A stretch of DNA of 64,000 bases from Octopus sinensis (GCF_006345805.1 NC_043016.1:12648001-12712000); one strand, 5' to 3'. Shown: positions 13,042 through 27,129, counted from the first letter of the stretch. Notes: a model not told the origin generated them from the letters alone. Numbers and translations are program-made.

Positions 13042-13186
13042 ATATGGATTTGGATTGCCCTGCTCAAAAGCTTACTCAGAATATCTTGGTGGACAACTGA
13101 CCCTGGAAACATTACAAGGAATTGGCACTGATGTTTATCTTCGATTGAGGCATGTAGATGGAAAACGGGAAAGTTTCCGGATCTAG
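13042..13186 (+). CDS. BCKDK: BCKDK last coding exon, G2 box to stop
   Basis: Acceptor ttttacAG. Translates [47 protein letters not shown] with TAG at 13184-13186. The C-terminus ESFRI is typical of BCKDK rather than PDK. Upstream exons were not found in 1-9628 and are presumably outside the window. Confidence 0.97.
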
Positions 13187-16100
13187 ATGATTTTTTTTTT
13201 CGTCTCATTTCCTTTTTTGAATTTCTGGCTGACCTTTTTCTTTTTTTTTTCTTTTCTTTTTTTTTTTTTTTTTTTTTTTTCCCCATTCGTTAGATAGTCA
13301 GTCAACTATAATTAAAATATATATGTGTGATGGGCCAGTTTTATGGTATTGATCAGTGGATTATAGCAGAAAAAGATATTGTGTGATACACTATGAATAA
13401 AATGCAAAATAATGCTTTTAAATCGAAGAGAAAACAATTTTGCAAAATAGAGTGTAAAGTTGATTGTGTCTCTTAAAATTTAAAATAAAAATAAAAAAGA
13501 ATTTGAAAAACAATAAACAAAGCTGGCAAACTATTTTTTGCCAATTAAATTGAATAAAAAAATACTCATTTTATTATCCTGAATTGTATTATTTTTTTTA
13601 TGCATTGTAATGCATAATTGATACACACACACACACATATATATTACAACTTTTCTTTTTAGCAAAAATAATTGTAAGGATTTCTTGTAAAAAAAAAATA
13701 CAGATAACTTCTCGAAAAGAAAAAAAAAATTGCTACACAGGGAAGTTTGTGACAAAACAAAGAAAAAGTATTAAAATCTTACGAAAAACTTAGTAAAAAA
13801 GATTGGTTCAACTTGAGTAAGTAAAAAAAACCTTTTGAAACATAAACACTGACAAAATTTAAAGGACTCATAGGGAGTCAGAAACAGGAAGAAATTAGTT
13901 TTGGTTCTTTTGAATCAAGTATAATGAAATGTGTAGAATTTAAAAGAAAGAAGTCAGTATTTGTGTTGTTGCAAGTAAGTGTATGAATTTAGTAATAGAA
14001 AATCTTGTAAAGATTTTAGTGTGTACATGTGAAGTACACTAAGAACTATAATTTTCAAAAAAAATGTGTTTTGATTTTAAAATCTATTTAACTTTCAAAG
14101 TAGTATTGCTAAGGAAATATATTTGTTTTTATTAGGTAGGTGTGTGTCAAGGGCATTTAAAATTAATTTAAAAAAAAAAACAACAAAAAACACCACAGTT
14201 GTACAATTTTGATAAAGCTCTTTTGGTTTGCATGCAAACTATTATTAGCATCACTTCTTTGTTCCTTTTTGTTATTACTTACTTTCTGTATTGGAGAGTC
14301 GTTTTAGTCAGATGTGAAGTTTAGAAACATTCACCTTTTATTTTAACCGTTTCACCTCTTATAATTGGTTGAGCACAGCTGAGAAATGCACCTGCCCTTG
14401 TCTGAGCTGCTGAAATTGGTAGGAAAAAGCAAGTTATCTTAAAGCTGGAGTCTTTACCAAAAATGCTTGCAATAGTAAACTTTCTCCTCTAGGTACTCTA
14501 AGATCAAGTGATAGCATTAAAACAGGTGATGGTCTAACTCTTTAGCATTCAGATTGCTCTATCAAATGTAATGCTTATTTATTCACATTGTTTTGGAATT
14601 AATCCTGCATTATCTCATAGCTTTGAGATTGCAATGATTTGTTTATTTTCAAAATGACATTGTAGGGTAGGTGTGAGAGGCTGGATCTGGCTGGTTTGAA
14701 CATAAAACTGGTAGAATATTTGGACTAGATATGGCAAGTTTAAATGCTAAACAGTTAAGTCTACTACAGAAAAAGAATGTAAAGAGTATTTCTTGTGAAT
14801 TTATAGCATATTTAAGAATATATGGCCTGTAACTTCACTATTTAATCAACTTAACTCACTGGTCCTTCAAGTATCACTAATAATAGTGTGTGATATTGTA
14901 TGTTATCTTTTTCAACATTGTTACAATGTAAAGTATAAAATGTGGAAACTGATTAGTTCCACTGATGTTTAAAAAAAAAAAAATTGAAGTATTTTTTCAA
15001 AATTTTATTCAAAATATTTAAAGTTTGAAAACTGTACTAGTATAGACCATTATATTGGAATTCATCTTGTTCATGTAAGAGTCTAGACACGTTGGTGAAT
15101 TGTGACAGTGTTAGATATGTGTTTTGAAGTACAACTGTTTAAAAAGTTAGCAAATATCAATAATTTTAGTGCTTCACTAATTCTAATTCAGTGACATCTT
15201 CATATACAATTCATTTGCTACCTCTCTCTTGCTCACAGTCACACATTTTCTCTCTCTTTCTCGCATATATTTTCTTATATATATATTATTCAATAACTGA
15301 ATTTTGGCAAGACAGATCTAAGTTTCAGCTCTCTTCTTTCATACTCTTCTCTTCTCGTTCTCCTTTTTCTTCTTTCCCTTCAAGCTGCTCAATTCACAAG
15401 TTTAGCTTTTCTGTTAGTCTTTTTCTCTCAAGAAGTTTTTATCCCTTCTCATTGTAAGTAGGACGGCCTGTTGTATGTTTAATATATTCTGAGACGTGTA
15501 TGTGTGTGTGTGTGTGTGTGTGCATGATTTGTTTCAGCAGGCATTGAGCAAATGTAGACTATTCCATGTTTTCTTGTTCTTAGATCAATTCTTAAATGTG
15601 GAATACATTTTTTTTCTTCCATTCCTCCCAAATCATTGAAATAGACACCAGTAACAGATTTAAAGATCAATTTTCCGTTACTCTTTCCCTCTTACAAAAA
15701 TTGGCATTGTGCCTTGTTAGAAAAAATAATCAGTTAAGTGAAATACTGTGCCCCCCCCCCCGCCCTCTCTCTCTCTCTCTCTCTCTGCTCTATAATAAAC
15801 AAAAAGTGGTCATATGTTATTGGAATAACATTAATGTCCCTTGCATTAAACTTTTCTCAAAACAGACATGATTTTAAGATGGGGAATCTTATATTAACTT
15901 TCAATATTAATATTTTTATTTATATTAATATCTTAACATTTTATACTGGTATAACAGTATATTATTCACTCCAAAATAATCATATTTCTTTAACATCATT
16001 ATCAGAAATGGCATAACATTTCTTCAGCTTTCTTTTTTAAAAAATGAAACCCTTTTTTTTTTTTTTTATTAATTGAAAGCATACTTTTGATGCTTTCCAT

Positions 16101-17451
16101 TTATATACACATATGATATATAGTGGATTCCATTAAATTGGTACACATTGGAGACAAGAATATTTTAACTCACCTAAATGACTATGCCAATTATACTTTC
16201 ACATAAGTGTAAAAGGCAAACAGCAGTTTATTGATCAACGAAAATATTTCATTGAATATTATGTGTGCATGTTGAGGAATCAAATATATGTAGTCTAGAA
16301 TCAATTGTTTTTTGGGATTTTTTTTCAATAACTATTTTTAGGATTTCATTTATTAATGTATATGTGAGTATGTATGTATATATATATGGCGGTGCATCAG
16401 CATGGCCGCAGCTCTGAGCTGAAACTAGGGGGGAAAATATATATATATATATATATATAAAGATTAAATATAAGAGTTTTGATGCTATGTCAGCAATTTA
16501 AGAAAAAAAGGCAGCATTTAAACAGTTGTAAATCACTGACGGCCCCAAGCAGTCTTTCATTCCTCCTAAATGGGTGAAAGGCTCTTTACAGTTGTTAGTA
16601 TTTTTTAATCATTTGACTAGTTTCGTACATGGCCATGCTTGGGCACTGCCATAGAAAAGATACTCAACATTAAAATCATAATATTCTCCTGTATTGCCAG
16701 TCAGTTTATTTGGTGTGCCATAAAGCACAAAAGTGTGTTGATTAGATATGGTTTCCTAAATAAGTGGTAGATTGTGGCAAACCTTTCGATCAGATTTAAT
16801 CTTTCTGAAATATCTGTTAAATAATTGGCTGCTTCAAATAATGACCAAATACTTGGAATCTGCCATATAAAGTTAATAATTATATACAATTAAAACATAT
16901 TTTATTCTTTGCAGATGCTAGTAAACAAATCAAATTATTTACTTCAAATATAAATATTTTTTTAATGAAAACTTGAAAAAAAAAACATTCACAGCAATTA
17001 TAAATCATACACATTTGCATATGTATAGATTTCTGTGATACTGGCATATATAAAATAATTGTGTAGTATATTTGAAAATAAAAGTTCAATTTATGGACAT
17101 ACAAAAAAAATACTAAAAAACTAGTTAAACTAATGTTTGTTTCCTAGGTTTGTTACTCTTTTTTGTTTTTTTTAAATGAATTATTGTTTAAAAGTGTTGT
17201 GAGAAAATGAAGAAAAAATTGAACATATAATTTTTTAGTTTTTAACATTAGATTTTCTCTGATTGCTAAATTTTAAGAAATTTTTAAAAAATAAACAACA
17301 TATATCTGAAATTCTGCTAAACCTGTTTAGTCATATAAAATCTGATTGGATAAATTAAAATGATCTCTTTATATCTTTGTACAGTTAAATATGTTTGTCT
17401 TACTTTTGATAATTGTATTGTACCAGTCAGTTAAGTCCCATTTCCTCTCTT

Positions 17452-17488
<37 letters not shown>

Positions 17489-17600
17489 AGTTTGACTTTA
17501 TTAAACTTACTGAAGCCTTAATATATGTGACATATTTGTATTGATGAATAAAAACAATTAACACTGTTTGCTGTTTAGTTTGAATATATAGTGATTTTAA
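13187..17600 (+). other. BCKDK: Putative long 3' UTR of BCKDK (end undetermined)
   Basis: Follows the stop codon. Very AT/U-rich with several AATAAA and almost no SINE copies compared with the rest of the window. There is no transcript evidence. Confidence 0.35.
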
Positions 17601-17999
17601 AACTAATTCTTTTTTTCCATGGTTGTTTATCATCATCATCATGCTGGCATGGGTTGGATTGCTTCATAGGAACTGGCAGGGTCAGGGACCACACCATTTG
17701 GTGTATTTACATACATGCATCCATCTAGTTTTACACATACACTATGTATATGTGTGTATTTATATACACGTGCGCACGCACTTGTGTGCATCAGACACAT
17801 CTATCTAGTTATACATATATACTATGTACTTACGCTGAATGGCACAAGTGCATATATGAGTGGGTACTTCTGTGTCTATATTGGCGTAAGTATGAATTGG
17901 TGTATGTTCCAATAAGTGAGACCATAACCCATAACCTCAGTCCACTTATGCATACCTTTCCTTCTTGGGACACAAAACTCTACTTGTGAAGACCTGTTG

Positions 18000-18357
18000 A
18001 GGCAAGTGAAAATCAAAATCGATCAACATCAATGGAAATTGTAGCTGTGATACCAGTGCCGGTGGCACATAAAAGAATCATCCGAATGTGGTCATTGCCA
18101 GTGCCGCTCCCACTGGCTTCTGTGCCGGTGGCACATACAAAGCACCATCCGTTCGTGGTCGTTGCCAGCCTCGCCTGGCATGTAAAAAGTACCCACTACA
18201 CTCTCGGAGTGGTTGGCATTAGGAAGGGCATCCAGCCGTAGAAACTTTGCCAGATCAGACTGGGCCTGGTGCAGCCTTCTGGCTTCCCAGACCCCAGTTG
18301 CACCGTCCAACCCATGCCAGCATGGAAAGCGGACGCTAAACGATGATGATGATGATA
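18000..18357 (+). mobile_element. Family C RTE 3'-end copy
   Basis: Same body as 7430-7737 with a (GAT)n tail. Further copies are at ~12300-12515, 19660-19870, 24720-24870, 27440-27685, 27978-28232, 32270-32460 and 46970-47110. Confidence 0.85.
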
Positions 18358-18623
18358 GGGCAATTAAGCAGTTATCTAAAGACGAGAACACACCCCCACC
18401 AAATTCTTGACTACTGTAACCAACCACTATATGTCTCCACACACTTTAGAGACTTTTTTACATTATCTGTTTGTATTTTTTTATCAATTGTTTCCTGTAT
18501 ACAGACCACAAGTATCCTTACTTCACCAATGTGTGTGAACTACTAGCAACACACCATAATATCACCACAATTTAGCTTGGAACGGAATGTAAATCTTATA
18601 ACTTTTGAAGACTGCTGTGTTAT

Positions 18624-18735
18624 CTGATGAAGTTCCTTTGCACTTTGCAATGAATCTGATGTCATTACATCATTCCCCATCCACTAAGAAGCAGTGCAGA
18701 AGGCAACCGAAACGATTGTTGTGCTAAATAAAGCA
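18624..18735 (+). ncRNA. Degenerate type I hammerhead-ribozyme motif (Penelope-type)
   Basis: CTGATGA-A, then long stem II (gttcctttgcact / agtgcagaaggcaac), then GAAACGATTGTT, then AATAAA. Helix I is poor. Confidence 0.5.
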
Positions 18736-20006
18736 TCTAGTTACTCTCTGTCTTCCGTATCAATCATTTAGAATACACCCAATGTACACCTCAAAATTCC
18801 TTACATAGATCCAGCACTGAAAACGCAGTACTTGTAACCATAAGTGGAGACACCCTACCTGGGACTTATCCAAAACAAGGTTTGGATACTGCATTTTAAT
18901 ATCTATCTAAATCTTAATTTTTAAATTTAACTTTCACACACATACGTATGTGTGTGTGTGTTGTCTCCTAGATTTCTCATGGTGATCGTAAACAAGTGAC
19001 ACCATCATGCTAATAGGGTCCTTTGTTTCCAGTCCTTCAAGAAAGTTATGTTGGACTTTTGGGGAAATATTAATTTGCTTGGAAACTGGTGAGGTTTTGT
19101 GACATGACGGGTTTCCACTCGCTGAAAATCTGCCTAACAAATTCCATCTGTGCTATGCGAGCATGAAAATGTGGACATTAAAAAGATATTGATCAGTTTT
19201 TCGTACATTATTAGAGTGAAGAAGGTTCTCATTTGTCTACTGATATGATTATATATTACTCCCTCAGTTCAAGATTACTTCACAGATGTATTGTACATAA
19301 TTCGTTTTTAAGTTCTTATCTTGGAATCGTGACCATTGTTTTTAATGCATAGTTTTGTGGTTAAGAAGTTTGCTTTAGAACCATGTAGTTAGGGCAGTGT
19401 TTTTCAACCATTTTACTCTGCATAAACCTTGAAATATATTACTTGTCTCAAGGAACCCCTGCAGAAAAAAAAAATATACCATATCTTTCTCATTATTTTT
19501 TTCATCATAGTTTAATTCACTTGGTATGTGTATATATATATATGATATGGTTGTTAAAGCTTTTGATAACATGAATATTGTAGACAGACTTTCTATAGCT
19601 GTGGACTGATTGATACCTTGTGAGTGACATTGATAGACAGAAACTGAAACCTGTTGCATGCAAGTACTTGGTGACCTCACTAGTGCTGGTGCCATGGGAA
19701 AAGCAACCACTACACTCTGTAAAGTGATTGGTGTTAGGAAAGGTTATCAAGCTGAAGAAACCATGCCAAGGCTGACATTGAAGCTCTGACACTTGCGTCT
19801 GGCATGTCCTGTCAAACTGTTCGATTCATGCCAGCACAGAAGATGGATGTTAAACAATGATGATGATAACTTATATATATGCATATTATACATAATTTTT
19901 TTAAAACTGCATTACAAAGATTTTGTAACATGTCAAGCAATACAAGGAGAAATATGAGTGAATTCGTACACACATGTACATATATGCTGTATGTAATATA
20001 TACATA

Positions 20007-20491
20007 CCGTAAATCCTCGAGTATAATCCGCATTTTTTTTCCCAAAATTTAACGGTCAAAATCCCTTGTGCATACTATATATGAGGTTAAAAATTTAAAA
20101 TATTTTCTAAGCAATGTCCGAGTCTCTATTTGCTGTCCAGCAATGTTTATTCAGGCGTGAAGATCTCTCAAGCTGAGCCTGAAAGCAATGTAGTCATAAA
20201 AGAATCATCCATAACTTGCAGTAAGCAACATTTATTAAAATAAAAGTATTCAGAACACAGAATAATGTAACAAAAACAATTTGCAAACATATTTACATTC
20301 CCATATAACAGTTAAGAACATCACCATTATTGTATTACGCATGCACGGAAGTGTTTGTTCGAATAGATGCTGCTGGCTTAATTACGCATGACTCAAGTTA
20401 GAGAACGGGTGCATATTATACACAAGGTTTAGGTTTTTCAGAAGTACAGCCCTCTAAAAATTCCCTGCGTATTATACTCGAGGATTTACGG
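20007..20491. mobile_element. Tc1/mariner-superfamily (pogo/Tc2-like) MITE
   Basis: Perfect 21-bp TIR CCGTAAATCCTCGAGTATAAT (20007-20027 / 20471-20491) flanked by TA. Confidence 0.88.
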
Positions 20492-20537
20492 TATATGTAT
20501 ATGTTATATATATGTATTATACATATGTATATATAAT

Positions 20538-20923
20538 ACTAGTAGTATAGCCCGGCATTGCTTGGGTTTGTTTAGAATTGGAATTTTTGAAAAGTAAAAA
20601 TTTTGCATTATGTAGCTTGTTATACTCTTTAAGTGAACATTTTTCTGGTTGAAATACACCGAAAAATAGCGACACAGCAGTAAAAAAATCATAAAAAATA
20701 GGGAGTTTCATAGAAAAAAAAAAGCACCTTTTTGATGTAAATAATTTTTGGTGTTAACATGGTCCGATTTGAATTTTTTCTTCTACAGAATGAAGAGGAA
20801 GCCTTCTTCTATCATACTCTCAATTTTGGTCAACTTGCGCTGCAGGGTCTCGGAGGAGATAGTGTTAGTTGAAGGCTACCAAACCTGCCACACACAGACA
20901 ACTTCAGCTTTATATATAAAGAT
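20538..20923 (+). mobile_element. Non-autonomous Helitron-like element
   Basis: ACTAGTAGTATAGCCCGGCATTGCTTGGG...acacagacaacttcagctttatatataaagat. Termini are shared with 5656-6030. Confidence 0.6.
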
Positions 20924-21324
20924 TTATGTAGTACAAGCACACACACGCACATATATATATATTAAATTGCATACAGACTAGGGCACCTGTATAAATATGT
21001 GCAAATTGTGGAGGGAGCCTGTGGAAGAGGTAGACCCAGAAAGACTTGAAACCAGGTGGTGAATTATGATCTGCAGTTGTTGAGTCTCTTGGAGGAAGGG
21101 CAGGTGACTGAGGCTTGTGGCAATTTGGTGTGCTTGAGAGGACCTGTCAAGCTAATTGAAACCATGGTTATGATCAATGCTGGTGACATGTAAAAGACAC
21201 CCATTACACTCTCAAACTGTCTAATCCATGCCACATGGAAAGCAAATGATGATGATGATGATACATCATATATACATATATATATATATATATTGTGTTA
21301 TAGATGATATATATCTATATATCA

Positions 21325-21560
21325 TGGCACTCTATCAGTTATGGCGATGAGGGTTCCAGTTGATCCAATCAACAGAACAGTCTGCTTGTGAAATTAACGT
21401 GCAAGTGGCTGAGCACTCCACAGATACATGTACCCTTAACGTAGTTCTCGGGGAGATTCAGCGTGACACAGAGTATGACAAGGCTAGCCCTTTGAAATAC
21501 AGATGCAACAGAAACAGGAAGAAAGTTGTGGTGAAAGAGCACAGCAGGGTTCGCCACCAC
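21325..21560 (+). mobile_element. Interspersed repeat family D (SINE-like)
   Basis: tggcactc..gagggttccagttgatcc..gaaattaacgtgcaagtggctgagcactccacag is repeated at 27700-27940 (+), 3118-3180 (+) and 3525-3670 (-). Confidence 0.75.
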
Positions 21561-23028
21561 ATCCCTGCCAAAGCCTTGTGGAGCTTTAGGTATTTTCACT
21601 CAATAAACACTTGCAACGCCCGGTCTGGGAATTGAAACTGCTATCCTACAACTGCAAGTTTGTTAGTCTAACCACTGTGTCTTTGTGTTCATATATATAT
21701 ATATATATTGCGTGTGTATGTGAATGTTTGTGCAAGTTTATTCATATTTGTTCTGTGTTGATATGTTGGTAAATCTCTGTAAACAATGAAAAGAAAGGAG
21801 TCTCGCTCTACGTCAGCTGTTTGTTGGTTCATAAATTTAAGCAGGGGTCCCCAACCAATCACCAGACCATGGATCATTTGATACCAGGCCACACAGGAAG
21901 AATAAATTTTAGAATTTTATTTCTATTTTACTGACTATCACAACATGTAGGGTATTCATTTTGAAAATTTACCACTTCTGTTTGTGCATAATATACAATA
22001 TTCTAATAAAATTCTATATTATGCACTTTATAGTGTGTTGTTATCAAGTAACTCTGTTGGCATGTTACAAAATATACTTTAAACTTTAGGAGAAATTTGC
22101 AACAATATAATAAAAATAGGAGTTTGGCAAACAAGCCATGATGATATATGTTTAAGCATCCTTTTGGTCTTGTTCAGGACATGACAACCTCTCTAGTACT
22201 GGTGCCATGATAAAATGCACCCAATCCACTCAGAAGATGACAGGAAAGACATCCAGCTGTAGAAACTAAGCTAGAATTGAGACATGGTTTTGCAAACCTA
22301 TATAGAAGGATATAACTTCATTATAAGAACTGAACTCAAACCAAGATGACTCATCCAGTCCATGTTAGCATGGAAAGCAGGTGTAAAAATGGTGATGATG
22401 ATGAAGGTGTAAAGGAAATTATGTTTCAAAAAACAAAAATCACGGGTTTTGTTCGGATCCCATAAATTAATTGTGACTTTTTTTACCTAACCAAAATTGT
22501 GACTTTATTATCAGTCACCAAAATATTTAGATCAAGCCAATTTAACCTTTTAGCATTCAGATTTTTAGGTTAAAGGTAATGCTTATTTATCCACTTTGAT
22601 TTGAATTAATCATCCATTATCTTGAGGCTTTGAGATTTCAATGGTGTAATCGTTTATTTTTAGAATAAAATTGTAGGCTAAGTGTGAAAGGCCAGATCTA
22701 GTCGGTTTGGAGATAAAACAGGTAAATTATCTTGTCTGGATATGGCTGGTTTTAATGCTAAAGGATTAAAACAATGATATGCTAAGAAGGTAAATAAATA
22801 CTTGAAATGTAATTAATTATCACAGTGATGGTGATCAAGGCCATCTAAAAACACAAGAATAGTTAAATAGTAAAAATAAAACTGTTCATACTTTATAACT
22901 TTAGTAAATCTTTACAGCTTGAAGTTTCAGAATTCCATCAAGATGTCCAAATGTGTTGTTGTTGTTTTCAAAAAGAAAGTCTGCTGGTTGTTTTGAAATA
23001 TAGAAAACGGGTTTTTGCTGTAAAGCCT

Positions 23029-23438
23029 TACTCTTTACTCTTTTACTCTTTTACTTGTTTCAGTCATTTGACTGCGGCCATGCTGGAGCACCGCCTTTAG
23101 TCGAGCAAATCGACCCCGGGACTTATTCTTTGTAAGCCCAGTACTTATTCTATCGGTCTCTTTTTGCCAAACCGCTAAGTGACGGGGACGTAAACACACC
23201 AGCATCGGTTGTCAAGCAATGCTAGGAGGACAAACACAGACACACAAACACACACACACATATATATATATATGTATATACGACAGGCTTCTTTCAGTTT
23301 CCGTCTACCAAATCCACTCACAAGGCATTGGTCGGCCCGGGGCTATAGCAGAAGACACTTGCCCATGATGCCACGCAGTGGGACTGAACCCGGAACCATG
23401 TGGTTGGTTAGCAAGCTACTTACCACACAGCCACTCCT
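23029..23438 (-). mobile_element. SINE family A, full length
   Basis: Complete head with A box and B box GGTTCAGTCCC, core and tail on the minus strand. Confidence 0.9.
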
Positions 23439-24001
23439 TGTTTACACTTTAAAGAAAAGTGGCTGTTTCTTTAAATTAACTCTATAAATTTAAGTTTTTT
23501 TTGTTTTTTTTTTGGTTTGTTGCTTTAAATACACATTATGCAATGTAGGGTTAATATCATAAATAGTATATGAAACAATTCCATAGATATCACGCAGCTT
23601 ATGTACCAAAACACCATGGTCCTTTTTCTTTTTAACAGTTCTACTTTATCTTGAATAGATTAGCATTGATGTGTATGTTTGCCTTTGACACTATCACTGA
23701 TACTTGAATTTTTCTTACCAGTAGTTGCCATAGCCTAGGGTAACTTGAAGCTAAATAAAAAGATCTCTCAGAATTTTGCTATCACAACTAACAAGTGCAG
23801 TAGATATATTGCTTGTAAACACATGGTATGTACAACGCCACCAGTGGTCATGCAGTGAACTAGATTGGCAGCCACAGGAATTTCAAGTTCTCCATTTTCC
23901 AAGTTCATCCTTTCTACAATAGGCACAAGGCCTGAAATTTGGAGGGGGGGGCTAATCAATTTCACTGACTTCAGCATTCAGCTGATGCTTATTTTATGCG
24001 T

Positions 24002-24389
24002 AGGAGTGGCTGTGTGGTAAGTAGCTTGCTTACCAACCACATGGTTCCGGGTTCAGTCCCACTGCGTGGCACCTTGGGCAAGTGTCTTCTACTATAGCCT
24101 TGGGCTGACCAAAGCCTTGTGAGTGGATTTGGTAGACGGAAACTGAAAGAAGCCCATCATATATATGTATATATATATATGTGTGTGTGTATATATGTTT
24201 GTGTTCCCAACATCACTTGACAACCGATGCTGGTGTGTTTACGTCCCTGTTACTTAGCGGTTCGGCAAAAGTGACTAACAGAATAAAGTACTAGGCTTAC
24301 AAAGAATAAGTCCTGGGGTCAATTTGCCCGACTAAAGGCGGTGCTCCAGCATGGCCACAGTCAAATGACTGAAACAAGTAAAAGAGTAA
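24002..24389 (+). mobile_element. SINE family A, full length
   Basis: AGGAGTGGCTGTGTGG...GGTTCAGTCCC...gaaacaagtaaaagagta. Confidence 0.9.
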
Positions 24390-25109
24390 CCCTGAAAGGA
24401 CAAAAGACAAATTTGACCGTAGTGGAATTTGAACTTAGAAAGTGAAGAGAACCAAAATACAGCCAAGCGTTTTGTCCAGCATGCTAACAGTTCTGCTAAC
24501 TCACCTCCTAATTGATTCAAATTAAAGATGTCAGAAAAATGGTGGTGTATTTGTATATATTGTCAAATATTCAAAAGGAAAAATTAATAAGATCTTTTCC
24601 TTCTGCTCAATAAACACTCACAACGTCTGGTCTGGGAATCGAAACCACAATCCTATGACTGCGAGTCTGCTGCCCTAACCATTGCGCCTATACATATATG
24701 CATATATATATATATATATCATCACCATCATCATCATTTAACTTCCATTCTCCATGCTGGCATGGGTTGGACGGTTTGACTGAGGTCTGGAGAGCCAGTG
24801 GCTGCACCAGGCTCTAATCTGATCTGCCAGAGTTTCTACAGCTGGATGCCCTTCCTAACGCCAACCACTATGGCAAAATGACATAGAGATATAATATGTC
24901 CATAGTTATCTCTTACCTACACAGAAAAATCAGGTTCTTTCATTAGACAAACTTTGAGAAATCCCGAATTTCTTTGAAATTATCTCCCTTTTCCTTTGAA
25001 ATTGCCACTAGGATTTTTTCCTTTCTAAAAGAAACTTAAATAATTAAGCATTTTGCATCCACATTTTATGGCTTTAGTTCTTTTGGGTTATTTCGCATTC
25101 TTTTATGCT

Positions 25110-25477
25110 TTTATTCTTTTACTTGTTTCAGTCATTTGACTGTGGCCACACTGGAGCACCGCCTTTAGTCGAGCAAATTGACCCCAGGACTTATTCTATC
25201 AGACTCTTTTGCCAAACCGCTAAGTTATGGAGACGTAAACACACCAGCATCGGTTGTCAAGCGATGTTGAGGGGACAAACATATACACATACACATACAT
25301 ATATATATATACATATATATGACAGGCTTCTTTCAGTTTCTGTCTACCAAATGCACTCACAAGGCTTTGGTCGGCCCGAGGCTATAGTAGAAGACATTTG
25401 TCCAAGGTGTCATGTAGTGGGACTGAACCCAGAACCATGTGGTTCATAAGCAAGCTACTTACCACACAGCCACTCCT
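25110..25477 (-). mobile_element. SINE family A
   Basis: Reverse complement of the family A consensus. Confidence 0.88.
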
Positions 25478-25539
25478 TAGTCATTGTATCTTAATACACA
25501 GCCCTCACAGTCACTCCAAGTGATGAGCATCACTATTAC

Positions 25540-26150
25540 CTTGAGTGTCTCCTGATGAAAGCACATCCTTAACACAGCTATGATCACATTCCAAAGGCTG
25601 GCCCTTATTTTCAGGATCATCGAGTTTTCCAGCTCACAGAAGTTACTTGCACTTTACAAAGCTCAATCAAGACCCATAACAGAGTACTACTCCTATATTT
25701 TGAACAGTGCTGTTACTATACAACAAATATTGTAGATCCTGTCTGGAGAAGGGTCATTGACTAATTGATAGTCACTTAAAAACACATTGCAGCCTCTGAC
25801 CCCATACACATACACACAGTCTTCTCTTTCTTCTACCCCTATATTTTTTGCCACTACTATTATAGCTTCAGTTCCTTGGAGTTAGCTGGTCTTTCAAACC
25901 TCTACTACTTGGATATCTCTGACACTCTCATTTTTCCACCCCTTTCTACTCTTAGTATGTTCAGACAGACCCCTTAGTATGTCCAGACAGACCCTGCACA
26001 AATTACTATGTCTAATCCTTCTTCCCTGCAACGTTTGTCTTAATTCATGCTTTCCTACTAATGCTGACCTGCAACAGTCTTAAACTGATCATCAACAGCA
26101 TCAAATTTACCATTCTCAGAGGGTCAACAACAGTCTGAGATTCTGCCAAT
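25540..26150 (+). mobile_element. Decayed CR1/Jockey-group LINE 3' fragment
   Basis: A frame reads RLALIFRII..SSSQKLLALYKAQSRPITEYYSYILNSA, resembling the post-RT LYKAQIRPxMEY motif. Disrupted. Confidence 0.55.
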
Positions 26151-26189
26151 TCCTCTGACACTCAATTAACTTCAATAAATAAAATACCC

Positions 26190-26560
26190 AGGCACAGGAG
26201 TGGCTGTGTGGTAAGTAGCTTGCTTACCAACCACATGGTCCCAGGTTCAGTCCCACTGCATGGCACCTTGGGCAAGTGTCTTCTACTATAGCCTCGGGCC
26301 GACCAAAGCCTTGTGAGTGGATTTGGTAGATGGAAACTGAAAGAAGCCCATCGTATATATGTATATATATATGTGTGTGTGTATGTTTGTGTGTGTGTGT
26401 TTGTCCCATCCAACATCGCTTGACAACTGATGCTGGTGTGTTTATGTCCCCATCACTTAGCAGTTCGGCAAAAGAGACTGATAGAATAAGACCTGGGGTC
26501 GATGTGCTCCAGCATGGCCACAGTCAAATGACTGAAACAAGTAAAAGAATAAAAGAGTAA
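26190..26560 (+). mobile_element. SINE family A
   Basis: Family A head, core and tail. Confidence 0.88.
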
Positions 26561-27039
26561 AAAATACCTTTTTTTTTATAAAGAAAATAATTATAGGTTA
26601 ATGTGACCCATTTATAATAAATTTAATGCAGTGATCTACAACGATTGCCTTTGAATTTTCTCATCTCTCTCTTAATTAATCAGGATTAATTTTATTATCT
26701 TCCTCTATCGCCATTGTTCTTGTTATTGTTATTGTCACCGTCATCGTTATCCTCTGTCATCACATTATAACGCAATATAAGAAATAGTTTTTGCGATTGC
26801 TTCTAGCTCTAGAAATAGCAATCGTACTTCTCTCAAAAGATATTAATGTAGTCCTAGATGTTCCTAAAATTATGGATGAGATGGTCACAACTGGAACGAA
26901 CCACCTTTAAACATAGGTCTGCTTAACAACAACAACAACAAAACTGTCTTGTCACTTCTGTCACTGATGACATAATAGCAATTATGAAGATGTACTGTCT
27001 GTACTAGACGGTGACATTGTTGTTATTATCACTATCATC

Positions 27040-27129
27040 ATCGTCATCACCAGCAGCAGCAGCACCACCACCACCACCACCACTTTCATCATCATCATCG
27101 TCATCGTCATCACCACCACCACCACCATC

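Noticed and set aside
9629-13186. Pyruvate dehydrogenase kinase (PDK) assignment
   Set aside because: The motifs KYGxAPxVRxNGH, PLDYIL and terminal ESFRI fit BCKDK.
24002-24075. tRNA gene
   Set aside because: The A/B boxes belong to a SINE head repeated more than 10 times. There is no complete cloverleaf or terminator.
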